DNA of 64,000 nucleotides from an uncultured Acidobacteriota bacterium. GTDB lineage: Bacteria; Acidobacteriota; JAQAZP01. Made by a program: the position numbers and the translations under genes. This document shows positions 42,528-52,373 of this stretch, one piece after another. The stretch is from positions 2,304,001-2,368,000 of the forward strand of contig CAWIIB010000009.1 of the NCBI GenBank assembly GCA_963836075.1. The letters run 5' to 3'. Under the pieces are notes generated by a model. It saw nothing but the letters and a program-made list of their open reading frames with translations. It was not told the DNA's origin and did not search any database. Within the stretch, counting starts at the first letter, position 1. Every line of letters begins with the position of its first letter.

Positions 42528-43598
42528 TTAATAATCCCTGGCGTTGATCAGGACGACGTTCTCCCGGGAGACCAGCCGGGCGTTGCCGCTGTCTGCGGCC
42601 AGCACCAGCCGGACCAGCACTTTCCGCCCGCCGGTGGGGCCGCCCATCATCACCTCGAAGCCGTGGGGGAAGCCGTCCTGGTTTGTGTCGGCGGTGCCGA
42701 AGGCCGGCACCGTATCGCCGAGGTCGAAATCGGCGCTGGTGTTGAACGCCACGCTGTAGACCATCTTGCCGCCGATCCGCGGCTCGTGCATGTTTGAGAT
42801 GGCCGGGCTGGCATCGAACATCTCCACCGCGTAGCCGGTGCTGGGCGCAGTGGCCATGGACCCGCTGGCAAAACTGAAGAACGCTGAGTCGGCATCCTCG
42901 TCCGGGTTCCAGGCCATGGTCACCGCCGGCCGGTCAGTGGAGGGGTCCGCGGTGGCCAGAGCCCCCAGGGCGGCCGACAGCGTGGCTCCGGCGTCATCGT
43001 AGTCGTTTAGCCGGACCAGCTGGTTGTAGTCGGCAAAGACCACACTCTCCCAGCGGTAGAGGTCGAGGATGCATCCTTCGCTCTCGATCTCTTCGGCAGT
43101 GCTCCTGGTCAGGTAGTAGTAGATCAGCCGGTAGAGGTCGATGCGCACGCCGGCCGATTCGTCGAGATACGGGGTTATGGCCTGGGCAAAGAGGAGCGCG
43201 TTGCCCACGCTGGCCGGGTTGAAGGGGTGGTCGGCGTCTCCGACCAGGCTCGGTGAAAATGAGCCGTTGACGTCGATGGTGGCCAGCGAGGAGGTATCCA
43301 GCGGCGTCGGCGCCGCGGACAGGTCCAGGGCCGCCTGGTATCCCTGGCCCTGAGTGCCGTCACCGATCAGTTTCTTTGACTGCAGCACCTCGGTCTTGAT
43401 CTCGTTGACCAGTCGCTGCCCGTATTCACTGAGGTCGTTGTTCGCCTCGAGATAGAGATTGGTCTGGGCCGTGCCCACCAGCAGGTCATAGACCATGATG
43501 CCGATGACGGTGAAGAGGAACATGACCACCATCAGTTCGGTGAAGCTCACCCCGGCATCGCCCTGCCTGTTACGTCGCTCGTTCAGTATTCGTCTCAT
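42528..43598 (-). CDS. Type IV minor pilin / pseudopilin (PilW/GspJ-like)
   Basis: Class III signal AG-VSFTELMVVM with Glu at +5. Confidence 0.8.
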   Translation of the reverse strand: MRRILNERRNRQGDAGVSFTELMVVMFLFTVIGIMVYDLLVGTAQTNLYLEANNDLSEYGQRLVNEIKTEVLQSKKLIGDGTQGQGYQAALDLSAAPTPLDTSSLATIDVNGSFSPSLVGDADHPFNPASVGNALLFAQAITPYLDESAGVRIDLYRLIYYYLTRSTAEEIESEGCILDLYRWESVVFADYNQLVRLNDYDDAGATLSAALGALATADPSTDRPAVTMAWNPDEDADSAFFSFASGSMATAPSTGYAVEMFDASPAISNMHEPRIGGKMVYSVAFNTSADFDLGDTVPAFGTADTNQDGFPHGFEVMMGGPTGGRKVLVRLVLAADSGNARLVSRENVVLINARDY

Positions 43599-43643
43599 CT
43601 TTCACCCCTCTGGCAACCCCTCGCGGCGGAGCGGCACGGTGGT

Positions 43644-46600
43644 TCAGCGCTGGATGAAAATCCGCCGCTGGTGATAGGCGTAGTGCAGCAACAGATCTCT
43701 GCGGTAGACCTCGACACGGATGACGTAGCTCCCCTCGGGGAACGCACCCTCGTTGGAGACGTCCCAGTCGTAGTTGTTGGTGGTGGAACACTCGTGCGCG
43801 GTGTCCGGCCGCACCCCGGTGAAACAGGGCGTGTCGTCCTGCATGTAGAGCCAGGAACCGCCGGAATCGATGGAATACTTCACCGTGTAGACCAGGTCGT
43901 CGGTTTCGGCGAACCCGGTGGGGTAGTCGTCGAGATACTTGGTGTTGTCCCAACGCTTCCACCTGGTCCTCCAGGTGAGCATGATCGAGTTGGGGTCGTC
44001 CAGGCTGTCCACTTCGGAGGGGTGGGTGATCTCCAGCCGCGGTATCTGGTGAATCCGCCCGTCGGTCCCCGGGATTCCAGCGTTCATCATACCGTTGACC
44101 AGCGAGATCACCGCCAGCCGGCCAAGGAACGCCTGACCCGAGTTCACGCCGCGGTCCAGTCCGCTCATCACCAGGAACGTGTAGTCGTCATCGGTGAGGT
44201 TCATGTCCGGGTTGTCCGCGCTCTGCATTGCGACCAGCGCGTTGCCCTGCCGCGACGAGTCGTTGGAATAGAAGGTCTTGGGCATGCTGGTGGTATTGCG
44301 CACGGAGGAATATTCGGGTTCGTTCCACTCGTTGGGGTAGCGTGATCCGTAGTCCAGCTTGAAGGGCCGCGAGGCGGTGAGCACCTTGGGCATGGGGAAG
44401 TTGAAGATTTTCCCCATCTCCTTGCCGTCGGCGGTCCTGGTGCTGCTGGACCCATCGGCATAGTCGTGGTTGAAGGGGCCGTTGCCGCTGCCGGTGGCGT
44501 TGAAGAAGGTGGAGCAGCCGTTGGTGCTGGTCCGGCGCCGCCGGTCGGCGCTGTTCATGAAGTCGAGACTGCTGTGGGCCATGCTGCGCCATGTCTTGCT
44601 GCGGTACGAATTCGAGGAGAGGTTGCCGTTGGTCAAGTAGGTCGAGCCGGTGAGATACTCGGCGTCGGGAAAGGTCTCACCGAGCCACGGAATGCCGAAC
44701 CACTTGGCGTCACCGCTGTTGGCCAGTTCCTCGATGCCCCTGGTGGAGCTGGTGATCGCCTTCATGTAGATCGATCCGCCGGATCCGTCATACGGCTTGC
44801 CGTTCACCGGGATGCCGCTGTCGAACCCGTTGCTCGAGTCGGCGCCCACCTCGTGGCCCAGCCCCACGTAGTAGAAGGAGAAGCCGTTCATGGTTGTGAA
44901 GATCGACCCGGTGTTCAGGATGCCGCTGCGCAGAAAACTGGCCTGCCGCGGCCAGTCGAATTCCACCCGGTCGCCGCTCCAGCCGTGGCGGCAGCGGTTG
45001 AACCCGCTGTAGCCGCCCATTGTGCTGTCGTCCTGCCAGAACCAGTTGTAGCGGTGCTCCAGCTTGACGTCGAGGTATGGCGAGTGCCGGGGATCGCCCA
45101 GGATCTGGTAGCGCTCGGTCACCGGGGTGCCGGCATTGCCGATCCAGACATAGGTCTCGGAGAGGTTGTAGGGGTGGTTGCCCACGCTGCCGGTCTGGTT
45201 CACCAGCAGGCCGGAGTTGTCCAGCAGGTTCCAGTCGCTGACGTTGACGTCGCGGTCGGTGATCCGGGTCTGGACGGTGAGGACGCCGTCGTCGGGCAGC
45301 ACCCGGTCTTTCAGCGTGATGATCCAGCGCGCCGTGTTTTTCGGGTCGCTGTTGGTGTTGTTGGCCAGGTTCTGGGTGAAGTCCGTGCCCACCGGGCAGG
45401 GAATGTAGTCCAGGCCGTAGAGCCGGTCGCCGGGGTCCAGGCCGCTGCCGTTGCCGGCGGTGCCCGGCGCGGTGATGTAGCCGCCCGATGCCCGCGGGCA
45501 CTCCAGCGGGGTGTTGAAGAGGCAGATCACCGCGGCGGTCTCGTCTTCCGGCGTGCTGCCGTCATCCGGGATGTTGATGACCCGGCTGCACATCCAGTCG
45601 GAGGCCGGAGTGTAGGTCAGTTCGCGATCGTTGTCGTAAGTCGGCTCGATCATGACGTAGTCATACATGTTGGTGTAGTCGGTGGGCGCCAGCGGGTCGT
45701 TGTGGGCCGGATCGCACCACCTACTCACCACGCCGCCGCGGACCAGCTGCAGGGTGAAGTCGGGGTCGGCGGTGTTGCCCACCACGTAGGTGTCGTCCAG
45801 GACTACGCCCGGGAGGCGGACCGTGATCATGTCGTTCATGATGTAGTAGTTGTCGCCCACGCCGGCGGAGTTGAGGTAGCAGGACGCCGGGTCCCGCTTG
45901 GCCGGCCGGTCCTTCCAGGCGTAGACCCTGAGGGTCACGTCCTCGTTGTTCTCATGCTCCAGCTGTTCCGCGTGGGTCACCACCCGCAGGCCCTGCCGGC
46001 TGCCGGCGTCGTAGTAGTTGTCCCCCGTGCTCGAACCGTCAATCTCCGGGTCCTTGGCCGGGTCGGAGTAGTTGCGGATCGGCGGGGTGGGCAGCAGTTC
46101 GCCGTGGAGGTTGAGAATGATGGCGTTGCTGTAGTTTTCCGGCATGCTGTTCAGCTCTTCCAGCAGCTGGCGCAGGCTCGGCTCGTTGTCGTCGGTGGCC
46201 CTGGTGGCCCGCATTTCCAGTTCCCTGGGGTAGCGGACGCAGTGGTTGTACTCGTCGGCCAGGGCGTAGGACGTGGCGTTCTGCAGCAGTCCGTCCACGT
46301 TCAGCCGGGCGCCGATTTTTTCCGGGTCGTAGTAGAGGAAGTTGTCATCAGTGCGCACCAGGCCCGGGTAGTGGTAGACCCAGTCCACCGCCGTGGACGG
46401 CCCGTCCACCAGGTTGAGATACGGGGCGTAGAGCGGGTCCCGGCCGTAGCCGTGCCGGGTGATCCAGTGGACGCGGAACTCCAGCCCGGGGTTCCGCGAC
46501 TGCAGGTCGTTGATCGAGTTCTCCACCAGCGGGCGGATGGTGGACATGTGGACCCACCAGCCGGGAACGTTCTCGATGGCGATGCAGTAGACGTCAAAAA

Positions 46601-47129
46601 CCTGGCTGGGCGGGAAAAAGTCGCCCACGGTGCGGATGATGGTGGTGATGTCGGCCAGGGTTTTGTCCTCCAGGCCGTTCTCGGTCTTGAAGACCTTCAC
46701 GTGCACCAGCCGCACGTCGCGCGAGTTCTCGTTGGGCACCGGCCGCACGTTCACCCGGCGCAGGTAGTTCCAGTTTCCCCCGTCCAATGCCAGGTTTTCA
46801 CTCAACGCGTCCGACGGGTCGGTGACGCCGTGCTGGGTGGTGAGCACCGGCAGGCTGACGATGCCGTCGTCGTAGTTGTCCAGCATGTCGGCATGGGTCT
46901 CGCCGCCGCCCTGGACGTAGGCTCGCAGCTCGTTGACGATCTGGATCGCCTTCTGGGTGGCGAAGTCCTTCTCCTTGTTCGCCTTGGTGGTGGTGAAGGA
47001 AACGCCGATGTAGTGGACCACCATCAGGAGGGTGGCGGTGAGCAGGAAGAGGGAGATCAGCATTTCGGCCAGGGAAATACCGCGGTCGCCCCGTTTCCCG
47101 CCGGCAACAATCTGTATCCGTTTGTTCAT
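43644..47129 (-). CDS. Giant pilin-like protein (PilV-like N-terminus plus ~1000-aa extracellular region)
   Basis: Class III signal RG-ISLAEMLISL; Asn/Asp/Gly/Tyr-rich body; start 47129 with GAGGAG RBS. Confidence 0.8.
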   Translation of the reverse strand: MNKRIQIVAGGKRGDRGISLAEMLISLFLLTATLLMVVHYIGVSFTTTKANKEKDFATQKAIQIVNELRAYVQGGGETHADMLDNYDDGIVSLPVLTTQHGVTDPSDALSENLALDGGNWNYLRRVNVRPVPNENSRDVRLVHVKVFKTENGLEDKTLADITTIIRTVGDFFPPSQVFDVYCIAIENVPGWWVHMSTIRPLVENSINDLQSRNPGLEFRVHWITRHGYGRDPLYAPYLNLVDGPSTAVDWVYHYPGLVRTDDNFLYYDPEKIGARLNVDGLLQNATSYALADEYNHCVRYPRELEMRATRATDDNEPSLRQLLEELNSMPENYSNAIILNLHGELLPTPPIRNYSDPAKDPEIDGSSTGDNYYDAGSRQGLRVVTHAEQLEHENNEDVTLRVYAWKDRPAKRDPASCYLNSAGVGDNYYIMNDMITVRLPGVVLDDTYVVGNTADPDFTLQLVRGGVVSRWCDPAHNDPLAPTDYTNMYDYVMIEPTYDNDRELTYTPASDWMCSRVINIPDDGSTPEDETAAVICLFNTPLECPRASGGYITAPGTAGNGSGLDPGDRLYGLDYIPCPVGTDFTQNLANNTNSDPKNTARWIITLKDRVLPDDGVLTVQTRITDRDVNVSDWNLLDNSGLLVNQTGSVGNHPYNLSETYVWIGNAGTPVTERYQILGDPRHSPYLDVKLEHRYNWFWQDDSTMGGYSGFNRCRHGWSGDRVEFDWPRQASFLRSGILNTGSIFTTMNGFSFYYVGLGHEVGADSSNGFDSGIPVNGKPYDGSGGSIYMKAITSSTRGIEELANSGDAKWFGIPWLGETFPDAEYLTGSTYLTNGNLSSNSYRSKTWRSMAHSSLDFMNSADRRRRTSTNGCSTFFNATGSGNGPFNHDYADGSSSTRTADGKEMGKIFNFPMPKVLTASRPFKLDYGSRYPNEWNEPEYSSVRNTTSMPKTFYSNDSSRQGNALVAMQSADNPDMNLTDDDYTFLVMSGLDRGVNSGQAFLGRLAVISLVNGMMNAGIPGTDGRIHQIPRLEITHPSEVDSLDDPNSIMLTWRTRWKRWDNTKYLDDYPTGFAETDDLVYTVKYSIDSGGSWLYMQDDTPCFTGVRPDTAHECSTTNNYDWDVSNEGAFPEGSYVIRVEVYRRDLLLHYAYHQRRIFIQR

Positions 47130-47180
47130 CGTTCTCCTCGCAATCATCTCTTGCGGCCGCGGGCCCCGGGGGCCGTTGGT

Positions 47181-48389
47181 TCAAACGCCTCTGTTGGCCA
47201 CGTGGTAGGGCGACCGCGCAGCGCGGTACTGCCCAAGTTTCTGGCGGACGATGTCCATGATGTCCTGGTCATACATGACTTCGGCGATGTCCAGGCCGCC
47301 CTGGATGACGGAGTCTCCCATCACCATCACCGTGCCGCTGATCAGCGACGGCGACTTCTGGGTATAGTTGCCGGTGACGAAAATCAGCCCGGAGTAGATC
47401 GAGAGGCTGTTGTCGTCGATCAGGCAGTCGCCGTCAACGATCACGATACCGCCGCCGTTGAGCGGGCGGCTGTAGTTGAAGGTGGCGTTGCCGTCGATGT
47501 AGATGATGCCCAGCGAGGGCAGGTCCGGCGGCAGGTCGGCTGTGCTGGTGACGTAGATGTCGGCCAGGCTCTGCAGGTCCTCCGGTGTGGAGGCGAAGAC
47601 CTGGCGCACCAGGGCGGTCACCGAGTCGGTCTGGCCGGGGAACACCGCGGCCTGATTCCGCCCACCTTCGATGATGCCGCCGTTTTTTATCACCTGGCCG
47701 CCGCCGCTGCGGTCAAAGACGATGGCGGCGGTGGTGATCCCGCGCACCCGCCCCTTGGTGTTGATGGTCACCCTCCCGGTGTCGGAAATCAGCGCGGCGT
47801 TGGCGGTGGGGGCGATGGCCAGGCGCTGGACCTCGCTGGCCAGGGTCACCTGGCGCACCACCCGGTTGGGATACTCGTTGTACGCTTTCAGCGGGTCGTT
47901 TCTTTCGTAGACGATCCCCTTGCTCTCCACGAACCACACCGTCCCCGGCGCAGCCTCCTCGGAGTTGATGATCCGTTGCGAGGAGATGTCCCGCACCACC
48001 ACGTCGGCGGTGACCGGGTCCACTTTCATCACTTCATACCGGCCGTAATGGCCGGTCTGGGAGCTGATTTCGAACTCGCGGACGATGCCGATGGACGGGT
48101 CCTCGGTGTCGATGATGTCCTCGCTCGGGTCGTAGACCGGCTCGAACTCCGCCACCGGCTGGGTGGACTGCCGGCGGAACCAGGAGAGCGCGTCGGTGAT
48201 CCCCGCCTCGGCCGCACTGGTGGCCTGCCCCTTGAGGTTCAACTCGTGGACGATGGCATCGCGTGTGGTGGTCAGCAGGGTCAGCCCGACGATGATCAAC
48301 GACGAACCGAGGAGGATGACGAACAGGGCGAGGAGGATCGTCGATCCTTCCTGCCCGCAAAGCTTTTCTCCGAACAGTCTTTTGCTCAC
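47181..48389 (-). CDS. PilX/GspK-like minor pilin with C-terminal beta-solenoid
   Basis: EG-STILLAL (no Glu5), A..AAEAG, G.I.V.G repeats; GTG start with AAGGAGG RBS. Confidence 0.8.
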   Translation of the reverse strand: MSKRLFGEKLCGQEGSTILLALFVILLGSSLIIVGLTLLTTTRDAIVHELNLKGQATSAAEAGITDALSWFRRQSTQPVAEFEPVYDPSEDIIDTEDPSIGIVREFEISSQTGHYGRYEVMKVDPVTADVVVRDISSQRIINSEEAAPGTVWFVESKGIVYERNDPLKAYNEYPNRVVRQVTLASEVQRLAIAPTANAALISDTGRVTINTKGRVRGITTAAIVFDRSGGGQVIKNGGIIEGGRNQAAVFPGQTDSVTALVRQVFASTPEDLQSLADIYVTSTADLPPDLPSLGIIYIDGNATFNYSRPLNGGGIVIVDGDCLIDDNSLSIYSGLIFVTGNYTQKSPSLISGTVMVMGDSVIQGGLDIAEVMYDQDIMDIVRQKLGQYRAARSPYHVANRGV

Positions 48390-48447
48390 TGGAGGTCCTC
48401 CTTGCGGCATTTGTCTGCCTAACTTCTTATCGGTCGATACCTTCAGC

Positions 48448-48464
48448 AGCAATAACCATACCAG
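48448..48464 (-). promoter_or_regulatory. Sigma-54 (-24/-12) promoter of the pilin cluster
   Basis: CTGGTATGGTTATTGCT, GG-N10-GC, about 60 bp upstream of the first pilin gene. Confidence 0.7.
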
Positions 48465-48714
48465 CGAAGATGAAAAGGCCTTCAAGTGTAGCAATAGCAT
48501 CGGTTACTTCCTCAAGGTCAGGGATGGCCCTCCAGGGCCCCGCCCGGATTTGTTACGGAGTCGTAACCGGATGCACCTCGGTTTCCCCCCTGGCGGCCAG
48601 GTTTGACGGCGGCGTAGGGACGGTGATACCATTTCCCGTTGACAGATCATCTGAACAGGGACGTTTCGGTCATCGCCGGACAGCGACTGACGGACGATGG
48701 CGGAGAGAGGCGGC

Positions 48715-48939
48715 ATGACCGCCCTGCGGCTGGATCAAATGGGTGGACCGCTCGGAAAGCGCTGGTTTTCCTGCTTTCTGATCTTCTTCTTCCTCTACCT
48801 GCTGGCAGATACCTTTCTCGAGGACGGCCCTTTCGGATCGGCAGTCACGTTCATATCTCTGGCCCTGGCGTTGACCGCGTTCTTCAGTGGCGCCCCGGGG
48901 CTCCGTGACCGGAAACGGTCGGGAGGCGGACCAGGATGA
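48715..48939 (+). CDS. Small two-TM membrane protein
   Basis: Two hydrophobic segments, RBS, stop overlaps next start (ATGA). Confidence 0.55.
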   Translation: MTALRLDQMGGPLGKRWFSCFLIFFFLYLLADTFLEDGPFGSAVTFISLALALTAFFSGAPGLRDRKRSGGGPG

Positions 48940-50456
48940 CCGACAAGGCAATCATCCTCGACAGCGGAATCGTCAAAACTCTGCACCGTGTGATGTCCAC
49001 CGGAAACGCCGATGCCCGCCTGGAACTGGCCCGGGCCTTCAACGTGCGGGCGATGCACGCCGAAGCCCTGGAACAGAGCCGTCGGCTGATCGGCGACGAC
49101 CCGGGCAACGGTGACGCCTGGCTCGAGGCGGCGCGGTCCACCTTTCACCTCAGCGAGGAGTCGGTTCCCGAACTCCGAGCGATGTTCCTCAAGGATGCCG
49201 CCCCCTTTGAGAACCAGGGCTGGTACCAGCTGACGCTTGGGCTGCTCCATTTTTATGCCGGTGACGAGGAACTGGCCCGTCAGATGGTGGAGCAGGTGGT
49301 GGTGGCGAACCCGGAAGACTCCCGGGCCTGGGAGATACTGGGCAACATCAATTTCAACCTCGGCGACCTTGGTGCGGCCATGGACTGCCTGAGCACGTCC
49401 CTGGAGCACGATCCGGACAACCTGTCGGCTATCCACCTTCTGGGCACCTGCTATTACCATCAGGGCGAAGCAGAGCAGACGCTGATGTACTACCAGAAGG
49501 CCATCGCCCAGGAGGAGATGTTCGCCCGGGCCTGGATTTCGCTGGGCGAGTTCTTCCTGCGGGACGAGGGAGGCTACGCCAAGGCGCTGCAGTGCTTCAG
49601 CCGGGCTATTTCCATCAACCCTCACAACTACGACGCGTACTTCTTTCTCATCGACTATTACATCGAGGGCCGGCAGTTCGAACTGGGTCTGGCCGAGGCG
49701 CACCGCATTCTGCAATTGCGGGCCAACGACCATATCCAGGCCGAAGCGCACAATTACATCGGCTACATGCAGTTCAAACAGGGGCTTTACGAGGAAGCCG
49801 AGGCCAGCTACAAGCGGGCCCTGGACCTGGACGACCAGTTCGCCTCGCCCTGCCAGAACCTGGGGCTGCTGCATCTCAGCCGCAAGGAGATCGACCATGC
49901 CCGGATCCTCTTCAAGCGGGCCGTCGAACTGGATCCAACCGTGGCCTGGTCGCACACCAAGCTGGGCTACATCTATTTTGACGAACGGGTGATGGACAAG
50001 GCCGAGCAGCACTTCAACTCGGCCCTGGGGAACGATGCAGAGGACTACTGGGCCATGCTCGGCCTGGCCGAGGTCAACCGGATCCAGCGGAAATACAAGA
50101 ATCAGCTCGAACACTGCCGGCGGGCAGTGGAGCTGCAGCCGGACCACACAAATGTGCAGAACCATCTGGGCATCGCCTTCGAGTGCAACCGGAAATACGA
50201 CCAGGCCGAGGCAGCGTATCTGCGGGCGATGGAAATCGATCCGTTGAACCGCTGGGCGGCCAATAATCTGGGGTATCTCTACGAGAAGCTGCTGAAACGG
50301 GAAAAGTCCGATATCTATCGGGATAAAGCCATAAAGATCTGGAAAAAGCGACTGCAAATCTGTGCCCGCACGGGTCAATCCACCCGCGGCGCCAACAGCC
50401 ACCTGAGCAAGCTCGGCATTCCCCAACAGCAGATCGACGCCTGGATGCAGGAATAA
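48936..50456 (+). CDS. Tetratricopeptide repeat protein
   Basis: About 12 TPR-like 34-aa repeats. Confidence 0.88.
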   Translation: MTDKAIILDSGIVKTLHRVMSTGNADARLELARAFNVRAMHAEALEQSRRLIGDDPGNGDAWLEAARSTFHLSEESVPELRAMFLKDAAPFENQGWYQLTLGLLHFYAGDEELARQMVEQVVVANPEDSRAWEILGNINFNLGDLGAAMDCLSTSLEHDPDNLSAIHLLGTCYYHQGEAEQTLMYYQKAIAQEEMFARAWISLGEFFLRDEGGYAKALQCFSRAISINPHNYDAYFFLIDYYIEGRQFELGLAEAHRILQLRANDHIQAEAHNYIGYMQFKQGLYEEAEASYKRALDLDDQFASPCQNLGLLHLSRKEIDHARILFKRAVELDPTVAWSHTKLGYIYFDERVMDKAEQHFNSALGNDAEDYWAMLGLAEVNRIQRKYKNQLEHCRRAVELQPDHTNVQNHLGIAFECNRKYDQAEAAYLRAMEIDPLNRWAANNLGYLYEKLLKREKSDIYRDKAIKIWKKRLQICARTGQSTRGANSHLSKLGIPQQQIDAWMQE

Positions 50457-50544
50457 CCGGTTGGTCCCCAAGGACCGTGCCGGACCCCGCCGGCAGGATC
50501 GGCGCGGACGGTCCGGCTGTACCTTTCCATGCGGTGATGAGGGA

Positions 50545-52236
50545 ATGGCAAGAAAAAAATCGACGAGCAGGAACAGCGGCAAGCAGCATAGTGATAACGG
50601 CCGGAGTCAGGTCCCCGCACCGGACGATCAGATGGAGCGGAGCGAAATCGCCGCCTGGCTGGACACCTTCTGCCGGTTGGCCGGGGAGGTGGGTGATGAG
50701 GACGAAGGGATCAGCCACCTGGTGGTGCCCGATGACTACCGCGGGTCGGTGGATCAGATCCTGACCCTGATCGAAAAACGGGAGCGCCACCGGGGCACAC
50801 TGACCGAGGCCGCCGGTCTATCCGCCCCCCAGCTGATCAGGCTGCTGGAGGAGGCCGGCGTGGCCGGTCTCACCGAGACGGCCATGGCGTTGCCGGCGCT
50901 CGGTTCCGGCGTCCAGTTCGCGATCCTCGACGACCTCTCCTCCTGTGCTGTTGACCAGGGGACGTCGCCGGGTGCCGAGGGGCTGCGCCAGGTGGGGCAC
51001 CTGTTGCAGGACCTGGCGGAACTGTTGCCCGACGAGCCGCCGGAGTTCCATGCCCAGCGTTTCTGGGAACTGGAGCCGGGGCACCGGGAGATTCTGCTGC
51101 GCCTGCTCCACGAAAAAACCGGTGAGCAGGTGGTTCCCTTCCTCGGTCTGGTCTGCGGCCGGGAGCGGGCGGTGGACCTGCAGGTGGTGGACCTGGCCGG
51201 AACGGTGGCCTCCGAGAAAGCGGCCGCACTGCTCCTGCGCCTGGAGTCGGAATCCGGGGACAAGCTGGTGCTCAAGGCGCTGAGCAAGATGCTCTACAGC
51301 CTGCGCAGCAAGGGAGTGAGAGGGGCCGAGCGGACGCCGGTCCCCGCCGGAGAAAACGCTTCACCCATCCATTTTGAAGAGTCGGTGGAGACCCGGGCCT
51401 TTATCAGTGGTATCGACTGGCAGGGCCAACGCCTGGTCCTGCTGGCCGGCCTGCCCGGGACGCGGGGGTTTGCCGTGGCCCAGGCCCTGATGGACGACGT
51501 GCGGGGTATCCGCGAGTTCACGGTGTGGAAGATGTCCCGCGCCGACCTGCGGGAAATGGTTGACCGGGCCCAGCAGCGCAGCGCGCTGCTGCTCTGCGAG
51601 GTGCCGGCGGAACACGCCTATTTCGTCCTGGAGGAGGCCTTCCAGACCGCCCGGCCTCTGGGGTTCGACCCGCCGCGTGAATTTCTCCACTGGCGTTCCT
51701 CCGAATCCTGGCCCCGCACCGACCACCGGGAATATCGGCACCCGGTATGCTCTCTGGTTCCCGTGGAAGGTCTTGCCGAACCCACGGGAGCCGACTGGTC
51801 CCGTCTGCTGGCCACCGACCCGCTCACCGGCTGGACCCTGGGGCCCGAGGAAGCGGTCAAGGCCTATCACGAGGTGCAGACCGGGGGAGAGAGTGCGATC
51901 ATCGTGCCCGGGGCGATCCAGGAAGAACGGCAGCAGGGGGCGTTCCGCCAGGTGCTGACCGCCCGTTTCGACCTGGCAACCTGCGGCCGCTACCGCCGCC
52001 GGCTGGAAGAGACCGCCTACCTGCTGCACCTCTCCGGCAAGGGAGAGGAAGCCGGTCTGGCGATGGTCGCCCGCGACTGGATCGTCAGCCTGGCGGACCA
52101 GATCTGGGACCACCCGCTGATTGCCGCCCTGGTGCAGCGGGACCTCGACCTGGTGGCCCGGCGGGAAAAGGAATCCCGGGAACAGGATGTTTCTCTGGTC
52201 CGCTCCCCCTGGGAAGGTCGGCCCGGCGGGAAATAG
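50545..52236 (+). CDS. Hypothetical protein (helical)
   Basis: Long ORF with genome-typical codon use; no motif recognised. Confidence 0.7.
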   Translation: MARKKSTSRNSGKQHSDNGRSQVPAPDDQMERSEIAAWLDTFCRLAGEVGDEDEGISHLVVPDDYRGSVDQILTLIEKRERHRGTLTEAAGLSAPQLIRLLEEAGVAGLTETAMALPALGSGVQFAILDDLSSCAVDQGTSPGAEGLRQVGHLLQDLAELLPDEPPEFHAQRFWELEPGHREILLRLLHEKTGEQVVPFLGLVCGRERAVDLQVVDLAGTVASEKAAALLLRLESESGDKLVLKALSKMLYSLRSKGVRGAERTPVPAGENASPIHFEESVETRAFISGIDWQGQRLVLLAGLPGTRGFAVAQALMDDVRGIREFTVWKMSRADLREMVDRAQQRSALLLCEVPAEHAYFVLEEAFQTARPLGFDPPREFLHWRSSESWPRTDHREYRHPVCSLVPVEGLAEPTGADWSRLLATDPLTGWTLGPEEAVKAYHEVQTGGESAIIVPGAIQEERQQGAFRQVLTARFDLATCGRYRRRLEETAYLLHLSGKGEEAGLAMVARDWIVSLADQIWDHPLIAALVQRDLDLVARREKESREQDVSLVRSPWEGRPGGK

Positions 52237-52373
52237 CTCGTCCCCCGCCGATCGGCCCATCCGCCGGGCCTCGCACTCCGCTATGATAAAATAACTGCTC
52301 CACCGGGGACCGGGCCACCAGCCGGTTCCCGGATCAGGTGCAGTCTTCGACAGGTGCAGACGGAGGTCGTTCC

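Noticed and set aside
44466-48422. 1318-aa plus-strand ORF, and similar long antisense ORFs (4786-7353, 1146-2357, 48795-50582, 56525-58054)
   Set aside because: Shadow frames of well-supported opposite-strand genes in high-GC DNA; no motifs
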